In this document: positions 1 to 12,948 of the stretch, piece after piece | Numbering within the stretch: the stretch's first letter is position 1 | Layout of the letters: the number at the start of each line of letters is the position of its first letter | Notes under the pieces: model-generated | What the model was told of the DNA's origin: nothing | Databases searched by the model: none | The model's input: the letters and a program-made list of their open reading frames with translations, nothing else | Assembly: GCF_009914755.1 (NCBI RefSeq) | Contig: NC_060937.1 | Source: the human T2T-CHM13v2.0 reference genome, Homo sapiens | DNA length: 64,000 nt | Strand: one strand, 5' to 3' | Position numbers and translations under genes: made by a program

Positions 1-372
1 TGTGTGTGTGTGTACATGTGCATGCATGTGCATATATGTGTGTCAAAAACAGTCAAACAGAAAGGCAAAGTGGCAGAAACAAAGAAACAGAGGCAGAAAA
101 ACAGAGAGGCCAAGAGTTACAGAGGCTGTGGGAATTCCTGAACCAAGACAATCTCTTGTTCACAGTGGTTTTGTTTCTAAGAATTTCATTGTTTGTTTTT
201 AACTGCTAGAAGGGTAGACTTTCAAGTGAAAAATACCCTGGGCTCCACCGAAGCCAGCCCTGCACATTTGTGTGGTTGTGTGCCCCCTTAACAACTTCTC
301 TGAAGACAACCCTCAGGGGGATGCTATCGCAAACAGCATTGCCTTCAGGAGCACTTGTCTCTGGCCAAATAT

Positions 373-983
373 TGATGTAGGATTTTTCTTCTTGGTCACT
401 TTGCCAGCCCCGGGCCTCACTCAGCCATGCTGGCGTTCCCCAGCTCACCTGGGTTATACCTTGTACCCACATTCGGTGATTCCCAAGCTCTTGTACCACA
501 CCCAGGAGGAATGAAGATACACTGGACATTGAAGGGTGAGGAGGGCAGAGAATAATTTTATTGAGTGATGAAAACGGCTTTCAGCAGAGAGAGGACACGG
601 GGTTGTTCCCCCTACCCAAAGGCAGGAACATTCCCCATGTGGCTGGGCTGGTGCCTTTTATGTCCATAGGGTTTTATGGACTCAGAATGGGGAGTGTGTG
701 CTGATTGGTTTGTGAGTATGCAAAAAAGATTAAAGCAAAGACATCACTCAAAGGTGGGCCCAACAGTATAGAAAACCAATTAGGAAAGAGTAGGTATATG
801 TAAAATAGGTGAAGTGCGAGGACCAATCAGAGGAAAGCACGCCAAATATAAATTCTCAATCCGGCCCAAGGATTTAACTTGCAACTTGACTTTCAGGCTT
901 TAAACTCTTCAGCTTGGAGGTGAGGTTTCACCAGGGACCTGCCCCTATCTACCTAGGCATTTGGCTGCCTCCTGTCGCTATCA
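373..983 (-). mobile_element. MER50 solo LTR (ERV1)
   Basis: Minus strand starts TGATAGCGACAGGAGGCAGCCAAATGCCTAGG and ends AAATCCTACATCA (TG...CA); 4-bp TSD ATAT at 369-372 and 984-987. Confidence 0.88.
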
Positions 984-2879
984 ATATCACGGCATACTCG
1001 GATTGTCAGACCCAGCCAAGCCTGAGGGAGACTCACCCCCACTCGCACCTCCAATCTCAACAAGTCTTCTTAATTGCCACAAAGATGGCCTCAGGTGTCC
1101 TGCTGGTGCCCACCTGGGCTTTCCTCAGCAAGTGGGGGAGTTCTGAGATGCTTCCTAAAGGCCCTCAGACTGAGCTTGAGTGCCTTTGAAGCAGTCAGGG
1201 ATCCACACTAGACAACCAAAACAAACAAGTCAATTAAGTGGAAAGTCACTCCCTTCGGAGGCAGGAGACAGGCTGTAATCTTCCTAATCCCATCTAACTT
1301 CAGTAGATCTGTGCTCCTCTGTGAGATGCCAGGGTGTGAGTAGTCACAGTTATTCACTCAACAATCAATTCTGAGCCCCTGCTGAATGGCAAGGACTGCC
1401 CTGGGCACTGAGGACTCAATGGCTATAAAAACAAAGAGCAAAATGGCCAACATGGACCCAGGAATAGTGGGCTTATAGGAGACGCTCTCTGATGTCCCTT
1501 CTCATCTAATATTCTCTAAATAATTCCTAAGTGGCAGGAGGGCTTCCCTACATCTCCCCAGCTAATGAATTCGGCCGCTACTGAGTAAGAGATCGGTTTG
1601 TTTTCTTTACATTTGAGTTCTCAAACTTAACTACTTTGCACTTGCAGTGTGGGTGTCTGAAATGTTAATTGAGCCTCACCACAGCCCCTGGAAAGAGGTA
1701 AGTGTTGCAACATCTGCCACAATTTAAAACACTTACTCAGGTGCCTGTCTGCTCAGTGCCTATGCACTAAGTCAAAGAGGCACAGGCCAGCTGTCCAGAA
1801 GCGGCCAGAAACGCTGGAACTCACCCACACAAAGGATAAACAAGCAGCTGAGCAAATTCTGATAGAATGGTAATGTCAAGCAAATAAAGAGAATGTAAAT
1901 GAGGAACTGGTGAGGAGGCCACCCTTTGAGAAGATGGAGGTGAGAGGGGAAAGAGAGGAGTTAGCACACGCCAGGCAACGGAGTGGGGGTAATCACTCAC
2001 TCTGTCTCTCTCCATCAGTCTGGGGTTGCCAGGGTCTTTGAATGGCAGAGAAAAGAGAGTGGAGAGAACTGGGATGGGGGGACACAGGGCCCTGGCCCTC
2101 AGTGACTGCTCCCCAAAGGCATTAATTAGATATCACTGCAAAATAGCAAAACCAGAGTAAAACCTCCCCCAGGACTTCACTCACACAATGACCAGGCTCT
2201 TTCACCAAGCCCTCCCAGGTCCCTCCCTCCCTGCTTTTACATCTTACATAAGGAGGCTTCTATTGTGCTAATATCCAAGGAAAAAAGTGACTAAGGGTGA
2301 GTGTGCGACTAAGGAAAATAAAGAAGGAAGAGAGCCTCCAAGGCTTGCCCCCACCCCCAGTTTCTTGGCTCACTCCACGATTCCGTCAGTTCGCAGGCTC
2401 TGACATAAAAGGCAGGAAGCTACACACGCTAAACAAAGCTCCTTAGATGTCAGGAAATTAACCTGGGAAATCGGAGCCAAGAGAGATTAAAGGCATTGCA
2501 GGCCGAGTTCAAAAACCTCTATGGCGTTACATCAAAAGCTGTTTTCTGGGCACCCCAGGCTCGGCTCTGCCAAACCGTACATCCCGAAAAACCTGGCCAC
2601 AGGGCTGGCACGCCTGTGTGGTGTGCCTTTTCCCTGCCACAGACTGAAGCCTCACTCAGATCTACAGCTTTTGACTCTTCCTGTCATAGGAGTCTAAGCC
2701 CTGCCTGCCGTAGGCAAGTCTGCCCTGAGAAGAGCAGCTTGCTGCCCTGGATTCCTTATAAAGGAGGAAGATCGCACACCTAACCTCAGAGGGGGTCCAA
2801 TGAGTGGCCCCAGGGAAAGGAAGAAAGTCCTTAAAAGGAGGAAGAGACCTGCTAGCTTCAGCTGCACTCATACACACAC

Positions 2880-2941
2880 AAAAAAAAAGAGAAAGAAAGG
2901 AAGAAAGGAAGAGAAAGAAAGAAAGGAAGAGAAAGAAAGAC

Positions 2942-2988
<47 letters not shown>

Positions 2989-3100
2989 AGAAAGAAGGAA
3001 AGAAGGAAGGAAGGAAGGAAAAAAGAAAAGAGAAAAGAAAAAGAAAAGAAAAGAAAAGAAAAGAAAAGAAAAGAAAAAAAAGAGAAAAAGAGAAAAGAAG
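2880..3100 (+). repeat. Compound polypurine microsatellite (GAAA)n/(GGAA)n/(GAAAA)n
   Basis: About 220 nt of purines with a single C (2941); source of the K/R/E-rich and F/S/L-rich pseudo-ORFs. Confidence 0.97.
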
Positions 3101-3379
3101 TGAGGCAGCCTGGGATCCCTGACCCTCCCAGCTAAGAAAACAAACCGCCTTGTGGAAGGTGAAAGGGTCAGAGCAGAACAAACCAGAGAATTGTGAGAAT
3201 CATTGTTTATGTCCGCATCAATAATACTGTCTCTTTGAGTCTCAGTTTCATTATCTTTACAATGAACGTAGCTTCTAGCTAAGATATCCTGGAATTCTTG
3301 AACAATCTTAACATTTAAATGGAATGAAATTGTCAGCAGGCTTTGTACAACACTCGTTGTATCTCCAGCAGTGAGTGCT

Positions 3380-3492
3380 AACCCCCTCTTACAGAGGAGA
3401 AAACTGAGGCCCCATGTCACATATCTGGTAGAGAGAAGAGCCCATAATGAACTAGTGGTTCCTGGCCCCGGTGATTCCGGGCCCAGTGCTCT
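3380..3492 (-). mobile_element. MIR fragment
   Basis: MIR core ttacagaggagaaaactgaggc. Confidence 0.65.
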
Positions 3493-3789
3493 AGGAGGGC
3501 AATGGTGGAACAATAGTATTGTTCCTAAACTGCATCAAAGGACATTTGCAAGAATAAGCTCAAAGTGTTGCTATTCCTGTTTTTTTTTTTTTTTAATTGG
3601 AAAGCAAGTGAAGGTCAGAAGGGAGCCATTTATTGTACCAGCCTTTTGGGAAATGAAACACTCAGATATATAAGCCCCATGGTGGCCTCATAAAGAGTGC
3701 AAAAATCTCTTCTCAAGTCTATAAAAGTGAAGTTAGTTCTATTAACTGGAAAGGAAATCTGTGAGAGAATGTGACTCATTTGTTCTCCA

Positions 3790-4766
3790 CCCATAATACC
3801 TTCAAGAACCTGCCCTGTCCCTAATCTGAGTGGGGTGGCTCCCAGAGGCCACATGATGCCCCTCCAGGGCTGATGGGGCCACAGTCACCCGGCTGAGAGA
3901 AAATCAGAGTCACTCTTCCACAGGAATTCTACTGAGACTTAGAGAGTACAGCCAAGGAATCTGTGAGCCTGAATCCATGCAACGGCTGTATTAGTAAAAG
4001 CTCCTCCGAGGAACACAGTCAATAGGATGTAGTTCATTGTGTATATATATATATGATATAAATATGCATCATGTGTGTGTGGGAGGGGGAGAGAGAGAGA
4101 GAGAGAGAGAGAAATTTTTTATTAAGAATTGATTCACATGCTTATGGAGGTTGGCTACCAAGTCCCAAGATCTGCAGGTGGCAAGCTGGAGACCCAGGAG
4201 AGACCTACCCGAAATCCAAAGGCAGGAAAAAAGGCAATGGCTGACAGGCTAGGGGAAGTCTCTCTTCCTCAGGGGAGGGTCAGCCTGTTTGTTCTATGCA
4301 GAGCTTCAACTGATGGGATGAGGCCCACCCGCGTTAGGAAGGACCATCTTCTTCACCCAGCCTGCACATTCACATGTTCCTCTCTTCCAGAAACACCCTC
4401 ACAGACACCTACAGAATAATGTTGACCAACTCTCTGGGTACCCCATGGCTCAGTCAAGTTGACACATAAAATTAACCATCATCATCACATAGACAGGGGC
4501 CAGGTCAGCACAGCCACAGCAGCAAGGCAGAAGGAGGCAAGACTGAGTGAGGAGGCTGCAGGGTTGCTGGGAAAGCTAGCTTCAAGAGAGGAACATGGGA
4601 CATTCTCAGTGAGAAATGGAGATGAGAGACAGACAGGGGTACCAGAGACTGGGAGCCTTTCCAGTGCACAAGATTCCCCTTTATCCTTCCACTCCCCAGT
4701 TCTAAACTGAACTGCTTTGAGTGGGTTTCTCTTTTGGATAACTGAACAACCTCTGATTAGAACAAG
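3790..4766 (+). mobile_element. Old MLT1 (MaLR, K/L-like) LTR split by an MLT2 insertion
   Basis: MLT1-like 3' end tttgagtgggtttct...ctgattagaaca; MLT1-like 5' part upstream of 3987; highly diverged. Confidence 0.45.
3987..4483 (-). mobile_element. MLT2 (C/D-like) solo LTR (ERVL)
   Basis: cagtcaagttgacacataaaattaaccatca is the reverse complement of the MLT2 5' end; tgtattag at the other end; internal (TA)n/(GA)n typical of MLT2. Confidence 0.85.
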
Positions 4767-5224
4767 AACATCGTGGATCTCCTTGAATTTTATTCTCTAA
4801 CTTTAGCCCAATTCTCTAATTTTAGACCAGCCATTTATCAAGCAATAAACTATACTGCATGTCATGTACTGCCAGGTTAAATACCACATACTCTTCGTTC
4901 TTAGATCATTTACATTTATGGTTTTGACTTCTTGCAAGCAACCACGTGCTTAAAATATTTCCATGAGGGTTTGATAAAGTATTTTGATCTGTAAGGCTTA
5001 GGTTTAATGAGTGAGCTACTCAATTCCTGAGGGGTCCCATCCATCTGCCCAGCATCCACATCATCATGCCTTTTTTGTTTTCTACTCACTGTTCTTTCAG
5101 CATTTTCTGGGGGATGTCAAATGTTAAGAGGTTTTCCTTAATTTGAGAATGTGTGACGGCCCAGTCTGAATTCCTTGCAAAAAGCATAGGTCTACTATAC
5201 AATGTTACTGACATAACTTTTAGA

Positions 5225-5350
5225 AATCTCTGTCTCTTCTCCTATGAGCTCTTTGAAGGACATGACCCATGCCTTACACAATTTTGTGGCCCTTATACCT
5301 TGAATACAGTACCTGGGACCTCATAGGCAAGCAATGCATTTTTTGGTTAA
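5225..5350 (+). mobile_element. L2 3' fragment
   Basis: tgagctctttgaagg...acagtacctgggacctcataggc. Confidence 0.55.
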
Positions 5351-5406
5351 TTCTCTCAAATAGTTCTCATAAAAAGCCCACCAAGTAGATCACATTATTC
5401 CCTGTT

Positions 5407-5820
5407 GCATTAATGTGTTTAAACTAAGCGATGCTACAACAACGTACAACCCCAAAAATCTAAGCATTTGCCTCAACAAAGGTTTGTTTCTCACTCATGT
5501 CACACATGTATGATGGGTCAGCTACAGCCCTTGTCCATGCCTTCTTTGCTCCAGGACTCAGTAACAGAGAGAAATGGAGATAGCAGAACCACAATGTCTC
5601 TTAAAGCATCTATACAATAGTGGCACAATTCCTCATACTCACTTTTGCCAGCCAAAGTAAATCTCACAGCCAAGCCTGACGTCAATAGGGCAGGGATATA
5701 TAGTCCTTCGCCAGCAGGAGGGAGGGGTGCCAGAAATCACATGGCCACACCTAGTACAATGCGACAAGGATGCATAATCTTCCCCCAGAGACAGCAAAAT
5801 GAGAGTGCTAGTACTACACA
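5407..5820 (-). mobile_element. MLT1I/J-type MaLR solo LTR inserted in a MIR
   Basis: caacaaaggtttgtttctcactcatg and gccaagcctgacgtcaatagggcaggg match MLT1I/J; MIR halves flank it (about 5360-5405 and 5830-5948). Confidence 0.75.
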
Positions 5821-7938
5821 GCACACCGTCTCCTAAAGAAACTGAGGGGAAGCAATCCGCCTGATCAAGTAGCTCATTAGTGGCAGAATCAGCCTTTAAA
5901 CATCGTCAGACTCCAGGTTTGAGGATTCCTTCCAGCACACCACAGCTGTTTCTAGGTCTCACTCTGGGACAGAGGCACCTGCCCTGATCCACGCTTTCTG
6001 CCACTCTCCAGGAATATTCACGTCAAGATGTCCCACTCAAACATTTGGCCCTTGAATGTTTTATTCATAAGGATCATATGTCCAAAGGAATCTAAGCAAG
6101 CCAAGTCAGACAAAATTAACAAGCGTAAATTAAGGAATGTAATAGAGCCAACATTGAAATTCTCAGTAGATGGAGTCATTTAAAACATTTTTTTAGTTTA
6201 ACCAGACTGAAGATCAAAAGGGGGTTGGTGGCACCTGAGAAGAACAAGAAGCTGTCACCACCCCCTGCCCCGGGAGCAGAAGAGAGATGAATGACAGCGC
6301 TGTCTGCTTTCAGCACTTCAGCGTGGCGTCAGCTGTGTCTCTCTGGCCATTGGTCAGTTGCATCCTGCAGTAGCTGGAGTGAGGGATCTGGGGAGGACAG
6401 GGACTAATGCCCAGGAAAAGCCTGGCACCAATCATTTCAAAAGGGTCTTAACCATGACCTGTTCAGCATTTCCAGAGTTAATTAGTCCCATCACGACGAA
6501 CATCACCCAGTCCCAAATGGGCACCCTGGTTGCCTGTGGTAAGTGACTTATTTATTTGCCTCTCTCTGGCCAGCAAGTAGCTTTGTTCAAGAAAAAAAAA
6601 AAAACCTGACCACATACAGATCCTCAAATCTAGAAAAGAAATCAGAATTCACTGTTTTTTCTGAATCACTTAATTTCCCTTAAGTTGAATAGATGACATG
6701 TTTGGCCTTCAGACGGTGTGGATTATGAAAAGTCAAGCACTCTAACACTTGGCAGCAGAGGCTTCATGGAATACCTACTCCCCACCTCTGCCAATAACAT
6801 TTTTAAGGAGATTCGGTTTGATTAAACTATACAAGGTAAATAATGAATCCAGCCTGCCCAGGATATATCAGGTTGCATAGTGTGATGAAACACATACCAT
6901 CCTGAATGTTCTTCCAAAAGAACATGTACAGAAAATGCTGTCCTTCTGCCAGAATACAGGCTCCTTGCCAACCCCCACCACTCTCCACCTTGAGACCAAA
7001 CACTCAGCAAGCTGAAGCTTGCAGGCCACGGTGACTGGCTCCATGCTGCCTTGGGAAGCCCTACATGACCTCTACGTGGTCCTTCTTCAGTATGTGAAGT
7101 ACAGAGGCAACACCAGGACATTTTGAAGGGCAAAAGAAGGTTCAATGGGGCAATTTCCAAGGCATCTTGCTCCACTGCTGGTAAGCAATTGGCAGGCTTT
7201 CTACAGGGACTTCTCAAAAGAGGATCCAGAAGGCAGGCTCAGCATTGCAGCCTGGCTGCAGGCCACAGTGTGGCAGACGCATGTATTCATGGGCATGTCA
7301 AATACATCACTTCAATACGAAATTCATAGGCCCAACATTCATCTGCGAGATTGAACACTGGGTAGCTCAAAAGCTAGTCTTCTGAAAGCATCCTACAAAA
7401 CACCCGAAGTTGCCGTTCCAGAATTGCTATAATTTCACGACTGTGCAAGCTGTACTAGTAGTACACAGGCAAAGGGATAGAAAAAAGATTATATTAATGC
7501 TCAAGGGGGAAAAGCAAGATTATAAAGGACTTAGCAGAGCTATGTTCTGATAATAAACCAAGAGCATTTAGGACCCAACCTAGAAAAAAATGGATTTACA
7601 GCCGAAGTCTTTCCTGTTTGGGGCTACAGCATCATTCTGTCATTCTAACCACATTTATCCTGAACCTCCCCCCACCACCCGCTGCCCATGTGCTGGCCAC
7701 CGTGCTGGGATCAACAAAACTGAATGAGACACAGGACCTGATACTGGGGAGCTGACCATCTAGCAGGTGACGTATGGATGGATGAAGCATCTTAGGACAT
7801 CTAAAGAAAGAGATCACTCCTCCATACTGGTAAGTCCACAGACAGCTTTACGGAGACATTTGAGTAAAGTCCTAAAAAGGGGCAGGGATGCAGCCATGTG
7901 CAATGGGAAGAAAATAATTCATCAGCTGTGACCATGAA

Positions 7939-8393
7939 TGTAGATAGAGATGTTTGGGCCTCATCCAGATCCCCTCTCTGCCCTGTGGGGCTCCCATCTC
8001 CTGGCTGCTGAGAATTTGGTTGTTCTCTACCCACAGCTGCTCCCCTTTTCTGGAGGTTTGCCCTTGGCTGACCAGAGCACCTCAGCGGGGAGGTTAACCG
8101 CACTCTGCCTCTGAGGATGGCCAACAGCCAGTGATGGCACAAAGGGCCAGCCCCCTGGCCTCAAGACAGGCACAATTCTGAAGTGGGCTCATGAAGAGAC
8201 TACCCAATCCCCCCAGTGGACAGAGCTGAGGTTAATCTCCACCTGAGACCTGATCTTCGCTGAGTTCCTTCCCCTCTTCTATCTTGCTCCTCTCACTCCC
8301 TAGTCGATATTTCCTGAGAACACCTCTTCAGTAAAGCACACACATCCAAATCCTATCCAAGGCTTTGCTTCTAGGAGCCCATCCTAGAAGGCA
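7939..8393 (+). mobile_element. LTR16C-like solo LTR (ERVL)
   Basis: TGTAG...ccagatcccct start; ggccagccccctggcctcaag core; ggctttgcttctaggagcccatcc end. Confidence 0.75.
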
Positions 8394-8659
8394 GTAGGCC
8401 CCTGGCTTTCCCTCATTCGGCTGCACAGTTGCACTAACAAGGAATTCCTGAGGTGGCCTTCTAGCACCTCTGTAAGCCCCCTATCCTACTCCACCCTTAC
8501 CCCTCTGCTTCACCCGAAACTGACCCCTCACTCTTTCCCCACCTCATGTCTTATTTTTGTTAGAAAAGCTTACTCCCCACTTACCCATTTCTTTCAAGAT
8601 CTAACTCTAGTTTTGCTTATTCCAAGGTTTCCCATGCTAGACTCTACCCATGCCCCTTA

Positions 8660-8860
8660 CGTGTGTATTTTTAACCACTTAAGAGATGTGCCAAAGCATG
8701 TATCAATTTTTATTTTTCAGACAATTGAATCAGAACTTAGTCATCCAAATAGATGTTGCCACTTTGAAAATATTCATCTTGGGGGATTAATCACTTCCTT
8801 CAATGCAACCACTGCCCATCATAATTTAGGGATTCCTCTTTGGGGTTTGCCCTCAGTGTA
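8660..8860. mobile_element. MARNA-like mariner-derived fragment
   Basis: ccactttgaaaatattcatcttggggg...ttcctctttggggtttgccctcag resembles the recalled MARNA consensus. Confidence 0.45.
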
Positions 8861-9151
8861 TGCATCACCCACTGTTGAACACGGTAGCCTACAGCAATGT
8901 CTCAGAGGTTTTAGAACATCATTCAGAACCATGACTGGTGATTGCAGGTTACTAAGAGCACATACATAGATATTTTGTAGTTCCACAATTTACACATCTC
9001 CAGCTGTCCCTTGTTGAGTGAAACCCTTTCTCTCATTATGCTGCTCTAAATCCAACCAATTCCAGTGATGGCAAATGGTTGCTCTGTGAAAGTGACTTTT
9101 CTTTCCTCTTTGAGACATTTGGATCCATGCCTGATGAGTAATGTAGGTACT

Positions 9152-9640
9152 GATTCATTCATTCAACAAATATTTATTGAACACTTTCCACATGGCAAGC
9201 CCTGTGCTACAAGTGAGGCTGTAAAATCAAATAAAACATGGTTTTTACTCACATGAGGTTTAGAGTCTATCTGAGGAAAATAACAAGTCAATTGACAATG
9301 TAGTATAGTTCAGTAAATGCTATAGAGAGATACACATGGGTCTACGGAAGAGAGAGGAGTAAAGGGAGGCTGGAGGAGCAGGGAAGCTTCTGGAGGCTAT
9401 GTTTTAAAGGGTGATTCAGAGTTTTCTAGATAAAGAAGTTTGGTGGGGTCAATGAGTAGAGGGACTGCTGGTAGGAAGGCATAGATAGAATTCTGAAGCA
9501 GAAAAATATTTGAGACACTTCCCGTGAAGGGTGGATTTGGCAGAATGAGCATAGACAAGAGAGGTGGTCAGGCTACTGAGAGGCCAAGAAGGGTTTATCT
9601 CCAGAGCCACAGGAAAGCCACTGAGGGATCAGACTGGGGT
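9152..9640 (-). mobile_element. L2 3' end fragment
   Basis: attcattcattcaacaaatatttattgaacac, the canonical antisense L2 tail. Confidence 0.8.
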
Positions 9641-9679
9641 AAAAACCAACCAACAAACCAAACCCATGTAGCGTGACTA

Positions 9680-9888
9680 ACAACTAATGAGTCATTTTAA
9701 TGTGTGTGCTCAGTACTTCTGCACATGTGCCATCCTGATGAATCCTTCAACAACTCTATGAGAGACACATGACTATCCTCACTTTCCAGAGGAGGAAACA
9801 GAGACTGGGAAAGTTTACTAACTTGCTTAAGATCACACAGGTAGTAAGTAGCAGAGTTGGGATTCAAATCCTCGACTCCAAAGCTCAG
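9680..9888 (-). mobile_element. MIR
   Basis: cagaggaggaaacagagact...aagatcacacaggtagtaagtagcagagttgggattcaaatc. Confidence 0.8.
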
Positions 9889-9936
9889 GATGAGCCTCTA
9901 AAAGAAGTCCAGCAAAGGATACGAACAAATACGTCA

Positions 9937-10363
9937 TGTTAAAGGAAAAACTTCAACCGCATTAAATTTAAAGGAGTTTAATTGAGCAATGAATGATTCA
10001 TGAATCTGGTAGCCCCCAGAATCACAAACAATTCAGAGAGACTCCAGGGGTGCCTCGTAGTCAGAACACAAATTTATAGACCAAAAAAAGGGAAGTGACA
10101 TACAGAAATCAAAGGTGACATACAGAAACAGTTGGATTGGTTACAACTCCGCATTTGCCTTACTTGAACACAGTTTGAACACTCAGCAGTGTATGAGTGG
10201 TTGAAGTATGGCTGCTAGGATTGGCCAAGACTCAGCTATTGTTACAGGTGCATACTCCTAAGTTAGGTTTTCAATCTTGTCTACCTATTAAATTGGTTGC
10301 AGTCTGTCCACAAGGACTCAAATATGGAATATATTCTCAGTCCATATTTAGTTTGCTTTAACA
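9937..10363 (-). mobile_element. MER57 (A1/B1-like) solo LTR (ERV1)
   Basis: TGTTAAAG...CTTTAACA termini; body matches MER57; TSD GTCA/ATCA. Confidence 0.88.
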
Positions 10364-10399
10364 ATCATTTAAAAGAGAACTTTAAATTCTACATAAATT

Positions 10400-10930
10400 T
10401 ACAATGTTCAACTTAGGCACAAGTCAAAGCATTGGAAAGTAAAGCAATAATACTGAATCATTATATACCCATTTAACTAACAGAAAACCTTAGTCATTAT
10501 GTGCAATGCTGTCTACTTTGCATCACTCGACTGGTATTAATATATTGATGGTCATATTGTAAATGGTCATACATCTTTTGGAAAACAATATAATAATATA
10601 TACCAAAAGTCAACCCTCTTTTAAAATGTCCATCCTCTTTTACCCACCTCTAGGAATGTATCCCTAGAAAATATTTCAAAAGGAGACAAAAAGTTTATCA
10701 TTGTAACATTATCTTGAGTAGTGCTAAACTGAAAACAATTTAAATGTAGAGTGGTAGTACAATGGTTTGGTAAATGATCATACAACAAATCAATGGAATA
10801 TTGTGTAGCCATTTAATATGATCTTTATGGGGATTATGTAACACCATGGGAAAATATTTATAAGAAGTAAACTGTCACGTGAAAAGATAGAATACAGTAC
10901 ACTATTGATATTCACAAGGTGTATAGCCTA
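10400..10930 (+). mobile_element. Ancient L1ME 3' fragment
   Basis: cccacctctaggaatgtatccctagaaaata and caatggaatattgtgtagccatt motifs. Confidence 0.6.
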
Positions 10931-11227
10931 ATATCTCTGCAAATTCCCAAATAAGTGGAAACCATTGTAGCATACAATTTTCCCTTTAAAATGCAATAGC
11001 TAAAAATGTTAAGTAACCCCTCAAGACTCTTAAGGAGGCTATAAACTCAGGATTTGCTTATAAAGCTATAAAAATAAATTCTGCCAATAAAATAAATTCT
11101 AGAATGCATTATATTACATCATTAGGCTACTTAACTAAATTTACCTAAATCTGCAAAGAAACAACGTCTTTATCACGTCATGAGAGTTCTTTGCAAGCTT
11201 CATATGAAAGCACAAAAGCTGTGTTGA

Positions 11228-11583
<356 letters not shown>

Positions 11584-12569
11584 CATCAGCTTTAAAATCT
11601 AGCCATTTCCAAATCAAAGCCCTCAACATTACAAACCACTGTGATCTTTGAAGTCCTAGGCAAATAATTGAAATTGAGAATGTCAAGTTCAAGAATGCTT
11701 CCAATCTACTTCTATTCAGAAGTACATATGCGTTATGATTACAACAATTTGAAAATTTAGACATACAGCCATAGCTGTCCAGAAACATAAAAAAACAAAG
11801 ACAATTGTACTTGGGTGAAAGAAATCTAGGTAGTAGTTTTCTTTTAAAACATTTCTAAGTATTATGTATTTTTTTCACAATAAAATGCACACAAACAATT
11901 TATTACCCTGTTGTCATATTCTTGTAGGTTGAACCCCGTTGCCTTTAATCCATTGATATTTTATAGTTTGTAATGTATTTGCAGGGCTTTGGGGTTGCAA
12001 CAAACGGGTAAAGCCTGGAGAATTAAGCAAGAACTGGCTATAGAAGTAACCACATTATACTTCCTATCCGTATCCCTTGACATTCAACCAGGGATGCCAA
12101 AATCAGTGGTGTCTTTGTACCCACATACACTGGTAAGATGCACTAGTACTTTGTTTTCAATGTGGGACCAAGGCTCATTCACTCAAATGACAAAACATGC
12201 CTATGATTTCTGTGACCTCACTGATTGATTCGACAGGAACTACAAGTTACATTCAGTGGTTTGATCCATGTGACACTAGGAGGTAGGAAAGAAGGGAGAG
12301 GCAGAAAGGACAGAAGGAGGGAAGGAATCATGTATTCATGCTAACATGCACTGCAAACCAGTTTTCTTTTTCTTGTTTTTCACAGATCCTAAAGTTGACC
12401 TCCAGATAACATTCTGTCACATGCATGTGCACCAGAGATGGGGAGAACACACAGAATGGGTAAGAGTAGCTCAGCCCACACATTAGTATGCAAAATAGTC
12501 AGAGGCAGTGTCTGATACTGTTCCAGGGGAGACTCAGTCATACAGGAACACTTAACTGAGAAAATGAAT

Positions 12570-12948
12570 TATATTATTCAGCTTGGGCTGCCATTACAAA
12601 ATACCATTGACTGGGTGGCTTAAACAACAGAAATGTATTTTCTCACAATTCAGGAGGCTACAAGTCCAAGATCAAGGTGCTAGCATGGTCAGGTCCTGGT
12701 GAGGGCTCCCTTCTTGGCTTGCAGACTGCTGCCTTCTCACTGTGTCCTCACATGGGGAAAAGAGAGAGAGCAAGCTCTCTGGTGTCTCTTCCTCTAAGCA
12801 CACACATCCAACCGGATCAGGGTGCCACCCCTAGAACTTCATTTAACCTTAATTAATTTCTTAGAGGCCCTGTGTCCAAATATAGCCACACTGGGAATTA
12901 AAGCTTCAACATGAATTTGGCAGGGACACAAACGTTCAGTCCATAACA
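12570..12948 (-). mobile_element. MLT1A/A0 MaLR solo LTR
   Basis: gggtggcttaaacaacagaaat...ttcagtccataaca; 5-bp TSD tgaat/tgtat. Confidence 0.88.

Noticed and set aside
2662-3513. Longest ORF (283 aa) and overlapping K/R/E-rich ORFs
   Set aside because: Open only because they cross the stop-free GAAA/GGAA microsatellite; low complexity, no domain
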